Of a stretch of DNA of 64,000 nucleotides, positions 19,146 through 28,186 are shown piece by piece. The stretch covers positions 3,911,072-3,975,071 of the forward strand of contig OZ241742.1 of assembly GCA_965200955.1 (NCBI GenBank). The letters are read 5' to 3'. This DNA is from Rhodothermales bacterium (GTDB lineage: Bacteria > Bacteroidota > Rhodothermia > Rhodothermales > Bin80). How positions within the stretch are numbered: the stretch's first letter is position 1; each line of letters starts with the position of its first letter. The notes beneath the pieces are model-generated. The model saw nothing but the letters and a program-made list of their open reading frames with translations, searched no databases and was not told where the DNA came from. The position numbers and the translations under genes are program-made.

Positions 19146-19540
19146 ATGCGGGCCGGTAAGCCGAATTCTGTCATCTGGACTGCTACACCGTACAGAATCC
19201 AGACGGATCATCATCTATCTGGGACCAGTGTCACCACGGGCCTCTAGCAGCCTACCCGCATCGCTGTTAGGCGGGCCACCTTATCGCTTGCGCGTGCGAT
19301 GCTGTTTGGCCTTGCTCCCCGTAGGGTTTACCCAGCCGCCATGATCACCCATGACGCTGGTGGGCTCTTACCCCACCATTTCACCCATCACCTGAACTTG
19401 AACAAGTTCATCGGCTGGTATGCTTTCTGTTGCACTTGCCGTCACCGCAAATACGGTGCCTTCCCGTTAGGAAGTACGGTGCCCTATGGAGTTCGGACTT
19501 TCCTCCCTGCCATGCGGCAGGGCGATGATCAGGCCGACAC
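19146..19540 (-). ncRNA. rnpB: RNase P RNA, bacterial type A
   Basis: The reverse complement contains GGGAGGAAAGTCCGAACTCCATAGGGC, GTGCAACAGAAAGCA, GGTAAGAGCCCACCAGC, GGGTAAACCCTACGGGGAGCAAGGCCAAA and ACAGAATTCGGCTTACCGGCC. These are the universally conserved CR-I to CR-V blocks, in the order seen in E. coli M1 RNA. Ends are approximate (+/-10 nt). Confidence 0.9.
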
Positions 19541-19546
19541 AATCTG

Positions 19547-20302
19547 TTAAACGACCAAGTCGCTCGTTGCTTCTTCGTAGAACTCACGATCTACTATGAT
19601 TCGCCCCGTTTGCTCACACGGAATGATTCGATTTCGTTGACGAATTTCCATCTGGCGTTGAGGTGGAACAGCATAGCCTCCTGCTGCACCACGTTCAAGT
19701 CGAACCACAGCACGCCCATCTCGATAACGATTCCGCAGTCTCTGATAGGCTCGCAGATATCGCTCATCCACCATGGACTCCGCTTCCTTGCGTAAATCCT
19801 CCAGCTGGGTCATCTGTTTTTCAGTAGTCGCAAGGACATCTTCAAGTTGGGCACGCTTGTCATTGAGTAGAGCTTCAAGATCAGAAAAACGCATCTGGGC
19901 TTCATCAATTAAAGCTTTGCTTTCTTCAAGAGTTCCCTCAGTAGAGGCAATCAGCTCTTTGGCCATATAAATCCGCTCCCGCTGAGCATCAATCTCTTTG
20001 GTGAGGGCATCATACTCCCGGTTATTGCGCACCTGAAGCTGCTGTTCCTCGTACTTTTTGATCAATGCTTCAGAATCTTCAATATCAAACTCACTGCGCT
20101 TCCTGGACTGCTCCGTTTCTTCCTGCTCCTGTTTGATTTTGTTCATGCGGGTTTGTAACCCAGCAGCCTCGTCTTCCAGATCCTTAATCTCATCGGGCAG
20201 ATCTCCCCGTTCCTTGATCACTTGGTAAATGAGGGTATCGATATGCTGCAAGCGGATCAGAGCTCGCAGCTGACTGCTTATTTTTGTTTCAGTAACGCTC
20301 AT
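19547..20302 (-). CDS. COG1579/DUF164-family coiled-coil protein (zinc-ribbon family; Cys ligands not evident)
   Basis: LRALIRLQHIDTLIYQV...GDLPDEIKDLE...VRNNREYDALTKEID and a long coiled coil. The nif3 - COG1579 - rnpB order is a common bacterial arrangement. Confidence 0.7.
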   Translation of the reverse strand: MSVTETKISSQLRALIRLQHIDTLIYQVIKERGDLPDEIKDLEDEAAGLQTRMNKIKQEQEETEQSRKRSEFDIEDSEALIKKYEEQQLQVRNNREYDALTKEIDAQRERIYMAKELIASTEGTLEESKALIDEAQMRFSDLEALLNDKRAQLEDVLATTEKQMTQLEDLRKEAESMVDERYLRAYQRLRNRYRDGRAVVRLERGAAGGYAVPPQRQMEIRQRNRIIPCEQTGRIIVDREFYEEATSDLVV

Positions 20303-20365
20303 ACTGTTAGAATTGTGGTGTACCAAAAATAGAACCAACTTAAACGACACGAAGGTTCATGGGGT

Positions 20366-21169
20366 TCACACTGTGGAGTAATGAACTGGATTGGTCACTG
20401 AACGCGTACATCGAAATGTGACCGAAGGGAATCGTTTTTCAAGCCAACGGTTCAGTAGCTGTTGCGTGTGCTTTTCTGTTTCATAGTGTCCAGCATCAAT
20501 TAACGCCATCTGGCAGTGCCCCTCGCTATCAAGAACTTCAAAAAAGCGGTGGTAGCTGAGATCAGCCGTGACGTAAACATCAGCCCCTTTGAACAGAGCT
20601 GCTTCAATCAGACTACCACCAGAGCCTCCACAGACAGCAACAGTGTGAACCATGGCAGACAGAGAACCCGTATAGCGAAAAACGGGAGAGCCAAGTTGTT
20701 GATGAACCCGAAGGTTGAATGACTTCAGGGATTCTGGATGAGAGAGTTTTCCGATGGCCCCCATGCCCGAGATTCCATTGGAGTGAGGACTCAAGAAGGT
20801 GGGTTCCTGTACATCCAGCAGTTTGGCCAGTGCAAACGAAACACCATCAGATGCGGCATCCAAATTGGTATGTATACTGTAAAGGGTGATGTCATGACGC
20901 AGCAGTTCTTGAATGAAATGCCCCGTGGGATCATCCGTGAGAATGCGGGAGAGTGGTCGAAATAACAACGGATGATGGGTGATAATCATGGATGCATTGG
21001 AGTCAATGGCCTCACGTAAGACTTCAGTGGTGAGTTCCAATGCAATCATGACGCTGGTGATTTCCCGAGAGGGAGAGCCAACATGTAACCCTACATTGTC
21101 GTATGACTCTGCGTACTCAGGTTTTGCCCATGATTCAAGGGCTTGTGCAATATCGCGGGCACAGATCAT
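20366..21169 (-). CDS. Nif3-like dinuclear metal centre protein (GTP cyclohydrolase 1 type 2 homolog)
   Basis: MICARDIAQALESWAKPEYAESYDNVGLHVGS...MIITHHPLLFRPL...LYSIHTNLDA...IDAGHYETE. Confidence 0.85.
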   Translation of the reverse strand: MICARDIAQALESWAKPEYAESYDNVGLHVGSPSREITSVMIALELTTEVLREAIDSNASMIITHHPLLFRPLSRILTDDPTGHFIQELLRHDITLYSIHTNLDAASDGVSFALAKLLDVQEPTFLSPHSNGISGMGAIGKLSHPESLKSFNLRVHQQLGSPVFRYTGSLSAMVHTVAVCGGSGGSLIEAALFKGADVYVTADLSYHRFFEVLDSEGHCQMALIDAGHYETEKHTQQLLNRWLEKRFPSVTFRCTRSVTNPVHYSTV

Positions 21170-21194
21170 TGGTTTAGACACGATAGAATGATTG

Positions 21195-21671
21195 ATGATA
21201 GAAAACTCCAAGAAAATTGTCGTCAGTAGTGATGAGCATGGGCCATTGGTTGAACCACTGCTTGACATGCTCCATCAACGGGGCTATGAGCCAGTTTATT
21301 TCGGCCCTCAAAAAGGCGAAGACAGTCAAGACTGGCCCTTGGTGACCAAAGCGGCCATTGATCTGATCGTTCAAGGTAAGGTAGACGAAGCGATCATTAT
21401 GTGTTGGACGGGGACGGGCTGCTCGATCGTAGCCAACAAAATGCCGGGCATTCGTGCAGCTTTGTGTCTGGACGCTCAAACAGCAGAAGGGGCCAGAGTC
21501 TGGAATCATGCGAATGTATTGGCTTTGAGTCAACGGATGACCAGTCCAGCAATCTTGGAAGAAATCCTGAATGCTTGGTTTGAGACACCCTTGAGTACAG
21601 ATCCGTGGAATGTAACTCAGATTGAGCATGTATGTGCATTGGATCGGGATCGGAGTCAGGATGTGTCATAA
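21195..21671 (+). CDS. rpiB: RpiB/LacA/LacB-family sugar-phosphate isomerase (ribose-5-phosphate isomerase B-like)
   Basis: KKIVVSSDEHG...IIMCWTGTGCSIVANKMPGIRAALCLDAQTAEGARVWNHANVLAL. Confidence 0.75.
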   Translation: MIENSKKIVVSSDEHGPLVEPLLDMLHQRGYEPVYFGPQKGEDSQDWPLVTKAAIDLIVQGKVDEAIIMCWTGTGCSIVANKMPGIRAALCLDAQTAEGARVWNHANVLALSQRMTSPAILEEILNAWFETPLSTDPWNVTQIEHVCALDRDRSQDVS

Positions 21672-21875
21672 GTGACAATGTATGTGCATCGTTAGGAATT
21701 TCTTAATCTAATGAGTATAACGGACTTTCAGAAATCTTTTGGCATGGATTCATCCGTTATTGGTGAAACCGTAACATCACTCACATCGGCAGTGGTATCG
21801 GTTTCCTGCATGGATTCTGACGGTGCCTGTTCATCAACCCATTCAATAACACTACTCATTTAATTCCAATCATTG

Positions 21876-23045
21876 ATGTTCAAGATCAAAACATTCAATA
21901 CCGTTTCCGACAAGGGACTTGCACGGTTAACGGAGCAGGGATACACGGTTGGCGAAGATGTTTCCAATCCCGATGCACTCCTGTTGAGGAGTTACAACCT
22001 TCATCAATTCAGCTTTGATGACTCTATCATTGCTGTGGCTAGATGTGGAGCTGGTGTCAATAATATCCCCATTGATACCTGTTCAGAACGGGGAATCGCG
22101 GTATTTAATACACCCGGTGCGAATGCAAACAGCGTCAAAGAGCTGGTCATCTGTGCACTCCTACTTTCTTCCCGTCGAATTGTGGATGGCATCAACTGGG
22201 CACGTACCCTCACTGGTGATTCCGTCGCATCTGTTGTTGAAAAAGGGAAAAAGAATTTTAAGGGACCCGAAATCAAAGGTAAGACATTAGGAATCATTGG
22301 CCTTGGTGCTATTGGTGTTGCAGTAGCCAATGCAGCCAGTGCATTGGGGATGCGTACCCTCGGCTATGATCCGTTTATTTCGGTATCCAACGCTTGGGAC
22401 TTAAACCGTGAGGTTCACCGTGCAACTGGCCTGGACGAGATTGTAGCATCTGCCGACTATATTACCTTGCATGCACCGCTGAATGATAAAACGAAGGGCC
22501 TCATTAGTGAAGATCATCTGGGACGAATGAAATCAGGAGTACGCATCTTGAATTTTGCACGCGGACCCTTGGTCCATGAAGATGCTCTTTTGCAGGCATT
22601 AGACAGCGGTCACTGTGCTTGTTATGTAACCGACTTCGTGGATGCGGCTTTAGCACAACATCCCAAAGTTCTCCCCGTTCCTCATTTAGGTGCTTCCACT
22701 CCTGAAGCCGAAGATAATTGTGCAATCATGGCAGCCGAACAGTTACGGGATTATCTTGAACATGGAAATGTCATCAACTCAGTGAATTTTCCAAGAGTTC
22801 AACTGCCGCTACGATCGGAGCGATCACGCATTCAGATTGTGAATCGGAATGAACCTAGAATTTTGAGTCAGTTCGCAGCGATCTTGTCAGAAACAGGACA
22901 TAATATTGACAATTTGGTCAATAAAGGTCGGGGCTCGTTGGCCAATAATGTGATTGATGTGAGTGGTTCGCTTCCAGAGTCCGTTCTGGATAGCCTCCAA
23001 GCGATTGACGGTGTTATTCGGATTCGAACCATTACCCCTTCGTAG
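21876..23045 (+). CDS. serA: D-3-phosphoglycerate dehydrogenase with C-terminal ACT-like domain
   Basis: GAGVNNIPID.., GKTLGIIGLGAIGVAVA (NAD fold), ITLHAPLNDKTKGLI, ILNFARGPLV, HLGASTPEA, then an ACT-like tail (RIQIVNRNEPRILSQFAAILSETGHNIDNL). Confidence 0.9.
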   Translation: MFKIKTFNTVSDKGLARLTEQGYTVGEDVSNPDALLLRSYNLHQFSFDDSIIAVARCGAGVNNIPIDTCSERGIAVFNTPGANANSVKELVICALLLSSRRIVDGINWARTLTGDSVASVVEKGKKNFKGPEIKGKTLGIIGLGAIGVAVANAASALGMRTLGYDPFISVSNAWDLNREVHRATGLDEIVASADYITLHAPLNDKTKGLISEDHLGRMKSGVRILNFARGPLVHEDALLQALDSGHCACYVTDFVDAALAQHPKVLPVPHLGASTPEAEDNCAIMAAEQLRDYLEHGNVINSVNFPRVQLPLRSERSRIQIVNRNEPRILSQFAAILSETGHNIDNLVNKGRGSLANNVIDVSGSLPESVLDSLQAIDGVIRIRTITPS

Positions 23046-23048
23046 AAG

Positions 23049-23639
23049 ATGTCTTTCCCAGATCTTGGTCCCAACATTGCCAGAAAAGGGAAACCACGAA
23101 TGAGTCGGACAGCACGTTGGATCCTACGCACTTTGAACTGGAGCGTGGAAGGAACGCTACCCAATCATAAGAAGCTCGTCGTTATTGGTGCCTATCATAC
23201 ATCTAACTGGGATTTCTTTGTGGCTATGGCAGTCATGTTTGCCTTGGATTTGGAGGGATCATGGATCGCGAAGCACACGATTTTTCGGTGGCCGCTGGGG
23301 CCCATCATGCGAGCATTTGGAGGTAATCCTGTCGATCGGAATCAACATCAAGGACAGGTTCAAAGGGCGATCCAGTTATTTGAAGAGCGTGAAAAATTTA
23401 TCTATGCCATCACCCCAGAAGGTACCCGGAGCAAAGTAAAACGATGGAAAACAGGATTTTACCATATTGCAATCGGAGCACAGGTCGACATTGTACCTGC
23501 CTATTTTGATTACCCCGGTCGGAAAGTAGGATTTGGAAAGCCGTTCACTCCCACGGGGGATGTTGAAAGAGATATAGCAGAATTACAACGATTTTATGAG
23601 CCGTACCGTGCTACGGCTGCACGCCCCGAACGAGTTTAG
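23049..23639 (+). CDS. lysophospholipid (1-acyl-sn-glycerol-3-phosphate) acyltransferase-family protein
   Basis: HxxxxD motif (YHTSNWD), FGGNPVDR and ITPEGTRS blocks. Confidence 0.7.
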   Translation: MSFPDLGPNIARKGKPRMSRTARWILRTLNWSVEGTLPNHKKLVVIGAYHTSNWDFFVAMAVMFALDLEGSWIAKHTIFRWPLGPIMRAFGGNPVDRNQHQGQVQRAIQLFEEREKFIYAITPEGTRSKVKRWKTGFYHIAIGAQVDIVPAYFDYPGRKVGFGKPFTPTGDVERDIAELQRFYEPYRATAARPERV

Positions 23640-25054
23640 GGGAAGATACCTCCTCTGGAATACTCCATGGCAATTTTATCAATGGCTGTGATAAAGGCAC
23701 CCGTTCGAAGATCTATGTTGTGAGATCTAGATTTTTGTTGAATTTCGTGATACGCTCCCACCATCGTATCTTCAAGTCCAGAATCCACGAGGTCAGCTTC
23801 ACTGGCTCCAAAGACGAGACTGGATTCAATATTAGATAGGATCTTTGGGTCAAACTTCTTGCCAACCAAGTCTTGGACCGTTTCAAGAATTCTTAAGGCA
23901 TTATGGGCTTCACGCCGCCGACTGATTCGACCATGACGTACATGGGATAGATTTCTGAGCCATTCGAAGTACGACACCGTTACACCTCCTGCATTAAGAT
24001 ATACATCTGGGATGATCATCGTTCCCCGTTCACTCAAGGCTTGATCCGCAGCAGAAGTCGTTGGTCCGTTGGAAGCCTCAGCAATGATTTTTGCTTGGAT
24101 CCGATGGGCATTCTTACTAGTAATTTGGTTTTCAAGAGCGGCGGGAACCAAAATGTCACACTCCATTTCCAGTGTAAGGATGGAATCTTTGATGTTGGTT
24201 GCTCCAGGGAAGTTGAGAATAGAGTTGGTTTCTTTACGGTGCTCTACCACATCAGCTAAGCGTAACCCATTAGGGTTGTAGAGTCCTCCATCGTACTCTG
24301 CGATGCCAACAATGACCGCTCCCGCCTCTTCTAAATACAGAGCAGCATGATAGCCAACATTGCCGAGTCCTTGGATAATGATACGTTTTCCTTCAACGCC
24401 TTTTTCCAAACCGATGGCATGCATGTCTTCTTCAATACTACATGCCTCACGGACTCCAAAAAATACGCCACGACCAGTGGCCTCGGTGCGCCCCCGTACT
24501 CCCCCTCCCCCAACAGGTTTTCCAGTGACACATGCCAGAGCATCAAGAGGGTTATCGGTAATGGATCGGTAGGTATCAAAGATCCAGCTCATCTCAACAC
24601 TTGAAGTTCCATAGTCAGGGGCAGGAACATCTACTCCAGGACCAATGAAATTCTTCATTGCCAGTTCAAAGGTGTAGCGTCGAGTAATCCGTTCAAGCTC
24701 TGATTGGGAGTAGTGATGTCTGTCAATACAAATGCCTCCCTTCGCTCCTCCATATGGGACATCAACGATCGCACACTTATAGGACATCAAGGCCGCCAAT
24801 GCCATGACCTCATCGGCAGAGACGGAGGGAGCATAACGGATGCCTCCCTTGGTTGGTTGCATATGTTGGCTATGCTCTGCACGGTAGGCGTGGATGACAT
24901 CAATGGTCCCATCATCACGTACCAATGGAAAACTCATCTGGTAAACACTGTTGCATGTTTTAATCTGAGATAGCAAACCAGAAGAATGCTTAGTGTAGAT
25001 AGCAGATCGGTCAAACATTGTATTGACCTCGGCAAAGAAAGATTTTGAAGCCAT
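23636..25054 (-). CDS. Glu/Leu/Phe/Val dehydrogenase family, glutamate dehydrogenase-like
   Basis: ..AYRAEHSQHMQPTKGGIRY...MSYKCAIVDVPYGGAKGGI (catalytic Lys box) and GLGNVGYHAALYL (NAD(P) fold). Confidence 0.9.
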   Translation of the reverse strand: MASKSFFAEVNTMFDRSAIYTKHSSGLLSQIKTCNSVYQMSFPLVRDDGTIDVIHAYRAEHSQHMQPTKGGIRYAPSVSADEVMALAALMSYKCAIVDVPYGGAKGGICIDRHHYSQSELERITRRYTFELAMKNFIGPGVDVPAPDYGTSSVEMSWIFDTYRSITDNPLDALACVTGKPVGGGGVRGRTEATGRGVFFGVREACSIEEDMHAIGLEKGVEGKRIIIQGLGNVGYHAALYLEEAGAVIVGIAEYDGGLYNPNGLRLADVVEHRKETNSILNFPGATNIKDSILTLEMECDILVPAALENQITSKNAHRIQAKIIAEASNGPTTSAADQALSERGTMIIPDVYLNAGGVTVSYFEWLRNLSHVRHGRISRRREAHNALRILETVQDLVGKKFDPKILSNIESSLVFGASEADLVDSGLEDTMVGAYHEIQQKSRSHNIDLRTGAFITAIDKIAMEYSRGGIFP

Positions 25055-25346
25055 TAAAATAGGAGAATGAGCGTGGAAAGAAGTGTATACCAAATTCTTG
25101 TATAAGACCTATGACTGGGCTCAACTAACCGTCAAAAGACTTCATGGCGGTAGGATTCACCAATCGTAGACGATGTTATACTTGAATACGATTGAATGTA
25201 CTCAATCATTGATCTCTCAGTGAAACATGAAAATCACACGTCTGTCGATGATGTCACGAGTGATTCTTGAGCAATACGAACATCTGACTCCATTGGTTTC
25301 TTACTTGACGGTATTCTGATGTTACAATCAAAGATAGCTCATTACG

Positions 25347-26194
25347 TCAGATCTTCGGGCGTGATTTTACATGCGTGGTGAGTTCAGACTTCAACGTGCC
25401 ATTGAAGACACTACGAATAGGAGGAATATCGTTGTAATCTCGTCCAACTGCAACCTGAATATGACGCTCATCGCAGTTCCCGTCGTTGACGGGATCCACT
25501 CCAAACCACTCTGCATCCGGCATCCAGCACTCAACCCATCCATGGCTCTCACTTCGCCCATTGTCCTTGGTTTTTGATCCAAGATATCCAGAGACATAGC
25601 GAGCTGGAATACCCCAATTCCGCAAAATGGAAATCATCACATGGGCATAGTCTTGACAGACACCTTGGCCAGTAGTAAGGATATGATTAATGGGGGATGT
25701 TGCTGTTGTCGTTCCAGGGGCGTAAACAAATGCTGAACGCAGTGCTGCCTTGAGATCTTGGATGCTGTCGTAGGGAGTTTTGTCTTTCTTGATCTTGCAT
25801 GTTTCCGTGAATTGCTACAAGATTTTGGAAGAAGGATCTACATAGTGACTGGGCTGCAACATCATCCATTGTTGTGGGGCATGGAAGGCTGTTTCAAGTT
25901 GATCCCAACTCAGGGAACGTTGAGACTCTGGAATCTCGGGTTGAGCGACAACGTCAGAGGTTGCACGAATTTGAAGTTGATGGTGACGACTAAGACGATC
26001 AAAAAATGTACGCGGTTGCCATAGGGGCCAGCAAAAGGAAAAATCGTTCCACCTGGATCCGTACGATGCGAAAATCCCCGAACCAACTGGTAGAAATTGT
26101 GTGCCGGTGCTACATAAAATATGATCACCGATCTAGTGACTGCACTTTCATAAGAAAACTTGGGTTCGTGAAAGATTGAATAGCGTGAGTTCAT
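25347..26194 (-). pseudogene. transglutaminase-family protein (Bact_transglu_N + transglutaminase core), inactivated
   Basis: N-terminal MNSRYSIFHEPKFSYESAV...GPYGNRVHF; core TGQGVCQDYAHVMISILRNWGIPARYVSGY...HGWVECW...GVDPVN. The gene is interrupted by a 1-nt loss in the A6 run at 26001-26006 and by an in-frame TAG at 25815-25817. Confidence 0.8.
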
Positions 26195-26290
26195 GACGGA
26201 AATTCTTGATCCAATGGATAGTCTATATATTCGGAAAAGATCAGATCATGAAGCAGACGGCATTCCGGGGTTGTCCGAATGCTATCTTGA
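26191..26290 (-). pseudogene. possible 3' remnant of the alpha-E-domain gene expected upstream of the transglutaminase gene
   Basis: An open frame ending ..LLHDLIFSEYIDYPLDQEFPS* has its TGA overlapping the transglutaminase ATG (ATGA at 26191-26194). The call rests on position only; the fragment is too short to recognise. Confidence 0.25.
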
Positions 26291-26853
26291 CAACAAAAAG
26301 GATCTGGGCGGTTCAAGCGTACCAAGCGAAGGATCAATAAGTGGAAGCGAAAGCAGGAGAACTGCCGAGTCAATGCGGCACATCAGCATAGCCATCAATT
26401 ATCCAAGAAGGCCGATACGTTGAACCGTGAGAAGTTACGGATTAAGGATATGTCTAAGTCCGCCAAGGGTAGTATAGAGAACCCTGGCAAGAATGTAAAG
26501 GCTAAGGCAGGGTTAAACCGCGTGATTCAAAACGCTGGATGGAGTCGATTCAATACCTATTTCGATTACAAGTTTGGTAAGGTAGTGCTTGTAGATCCGA
26601 AGTACACATCTCAAAAGTGTAATGCTTGTGGATATACAAGCAAAGAGAATCGGACTACGCAGAGCAAATTTAAGTGTATGTCCTGTGGGCATACGGATCA
26701 CGCAGATCTCAACGCATCTACGAATATACTATTGGCCTCCGGGATTGGGGCATCTGTACATGGAGGAGCGTTCTCGTTAGAGACTCCTATGAGCCGTGAA
26801 ATGGATACGCAAACGTAGCCGTGTAAGATGGTTACTCATGTATATAATTCCCA
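26291..26853 (+). mobile_element. tnpB: 5'-truncated tnpB element (C-terminal ~176 codons of TnpB plus right end)
   Basis: The open frame QQKGSGRFKRTKRRINKWKRKQENCRVNAAHQ...REKLRIKDMSKSAKG...CNACGYTSKENRTTQSKFKCMSCGHTDHADLNAS aligns at DNA and protein level with codons ~275-450 of the intact TnpB at 45476-46828. It ends with the same 24-nt terminus, GGTTACTCATGTATATAATTCCCA (26830-26853). Confidence 0.85.
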
Positions 26854-27280
26854 TAAATATCCTTGAGGAACAGATTGAGTGCCTGTAAGCGTTGCTGTAG
26901 TCTTTTATCAATTTGATCCCATTCGGATCTTTTGAGAACTCGCGGAACGCAGTCAATCGGAATGATATGCTCAGACACATCATTTTGCCGATGACCGTAA
27001 AGGTGATCCCCTCGTGAAGGAACTGTCGGCGAACTCTCTCTTGAAGATGCTTCAACTGCTCTGATGAGGCATGGTTAAATGCCATACCGAGTCGCTCAGC
27101 AACCAGTCGTAATGTCCCATCTTCATAAAAAATTTCATCTCGAAAACGGCTTTCAAGCACATAGTCAGAAAAATTCCCAACACCAGCAACGGTAGGACCC
27201 GACATGCTGGGTCTCATGCGGTCAAAAGACAAATGGGGCGCACTGGATGAATGATTTGATGTGAGGTCACTGATGGTCAC
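26854..27280 (-). pseudogene. N-terminal fragment of a circularly permuted type-2 ATP-grasp protein, truncated by the tnpB element and frameshifted
   Basis: ..FYEDGTLRLVAERLGMAFNHASSEQLKHLQERVRRQFLHEGITFTVIGK, then after a 1-nt loss in T4 (26983-26986), ..EHIIPIDCVPRVLKRSEWDQIDKRLQQRLQALNLFLKDIY. The reading frame runs straight into the IS terminus. Confidence 0.7.
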
Positions 27281-27602
27281 GAATCCGCTAGTTTATCGTA
27301 GCTCCTCCTGCATACAGCCATGGATGCGGAAAAGACCAAATCCATAGAGTGTACCGAGCAGGATGGGCACCACTCATGTATGTCAAGGCTGATCCACTAT
27401 AAAGGATAGACATCATGTTGGAGGGGGAATGATTATCAATACAACCAATCGATGAAGACCAGAATGAGTGTCTTACCGTGTGGAAACCTCAAAGTCCAAT
27501 ATCGATCTTGTTCAGAAGTGTGTCAGAAGATTAATATAGTATGCACTAGGAATTCAGTATTCGATCTGCATTTTGGTTCCAAACAGAATAGTTCCATTTG
27601 TG

Positions 27603-27626
27603 GGTTACTCACGTATATAATTCACA
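27603..27626 (+). repeat. solo copy of the tnpB-element terminal sequence
   Basis: GGTTACTCACGTATATAATTCACA versus GGTTACTCATGTATATAATTCCCA (26830-26853) and GGTTACTTATGGATATAATTCCCA (46831-46854). There is no tnpB homology to its left. Confidence 0.6.
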
Positions 27627-28186
27627 GAGAATTCATAATGAAACGCAGATGAGATCACCTGAACTGTTTCTTCTTTTGGCATCTAAAAGGGTATGACTCT
27701 GATGGATCTACGGCATTTGTATGACTCCGTTCAACAACTCAACTTTATCGTTTGATCATTGACTTAATTGAGTGATTCTCCTCGCATCTCATATCGGTTG
27801 AATGATTTTGAGAGTCTCAATGATGTGTCAATTTGAGTTCTGATAGCGGATAATGGAGTTCAGCATGATGATTCCATGTAACTGAACTCGTTTCCCTTTC
27901 AAAGTACTTGGATCGTTAAATCGGATGAGTCACACCTTCGAAATTCTAGCACGAAAAGTAGAATGTTTCCCCATGAGCCCTTAGAAATTGATCCGAATTG
28001 GTGACTCATCACCCAATGAAAGGCGAAGGATTCAATTATTTTTTGTAAATTAGGAATTACGTCACTTATTTCATTACATCTTTTTGCCTCATGATTACCA
28101 TCTTTAACAGGGTGAAGAATCAGACTACCCCATTCAAGAAATTTTTTTTGGGGTATCAGCTGAACCCAAATCAGAAGAAAACTCCT

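Noticed and set aside
19299-19550. 83-aa ORF on the + strand.
   Set aside because: It lies entirely antisense within the RNase P RNA gene and has no protein-like features.
21728-21859. 43-codon acidic ORF (MSSVIEWVDEQAPSESMQETDTTADVSDVTVSPITDESMPKDF*) on the minus strand upstream of serA.
   Set aside because: It is too short and compositionally biased to support without conservation or expression data.
23030-23040. GGATTCGAACC, resembling a tRNA T-arm.
   Set aside because: It lies in frame inside serA (..IRIRTIT..), and no acceptor or anticodon arms can be drawn around it. No tRNA was found anywhere in the window.
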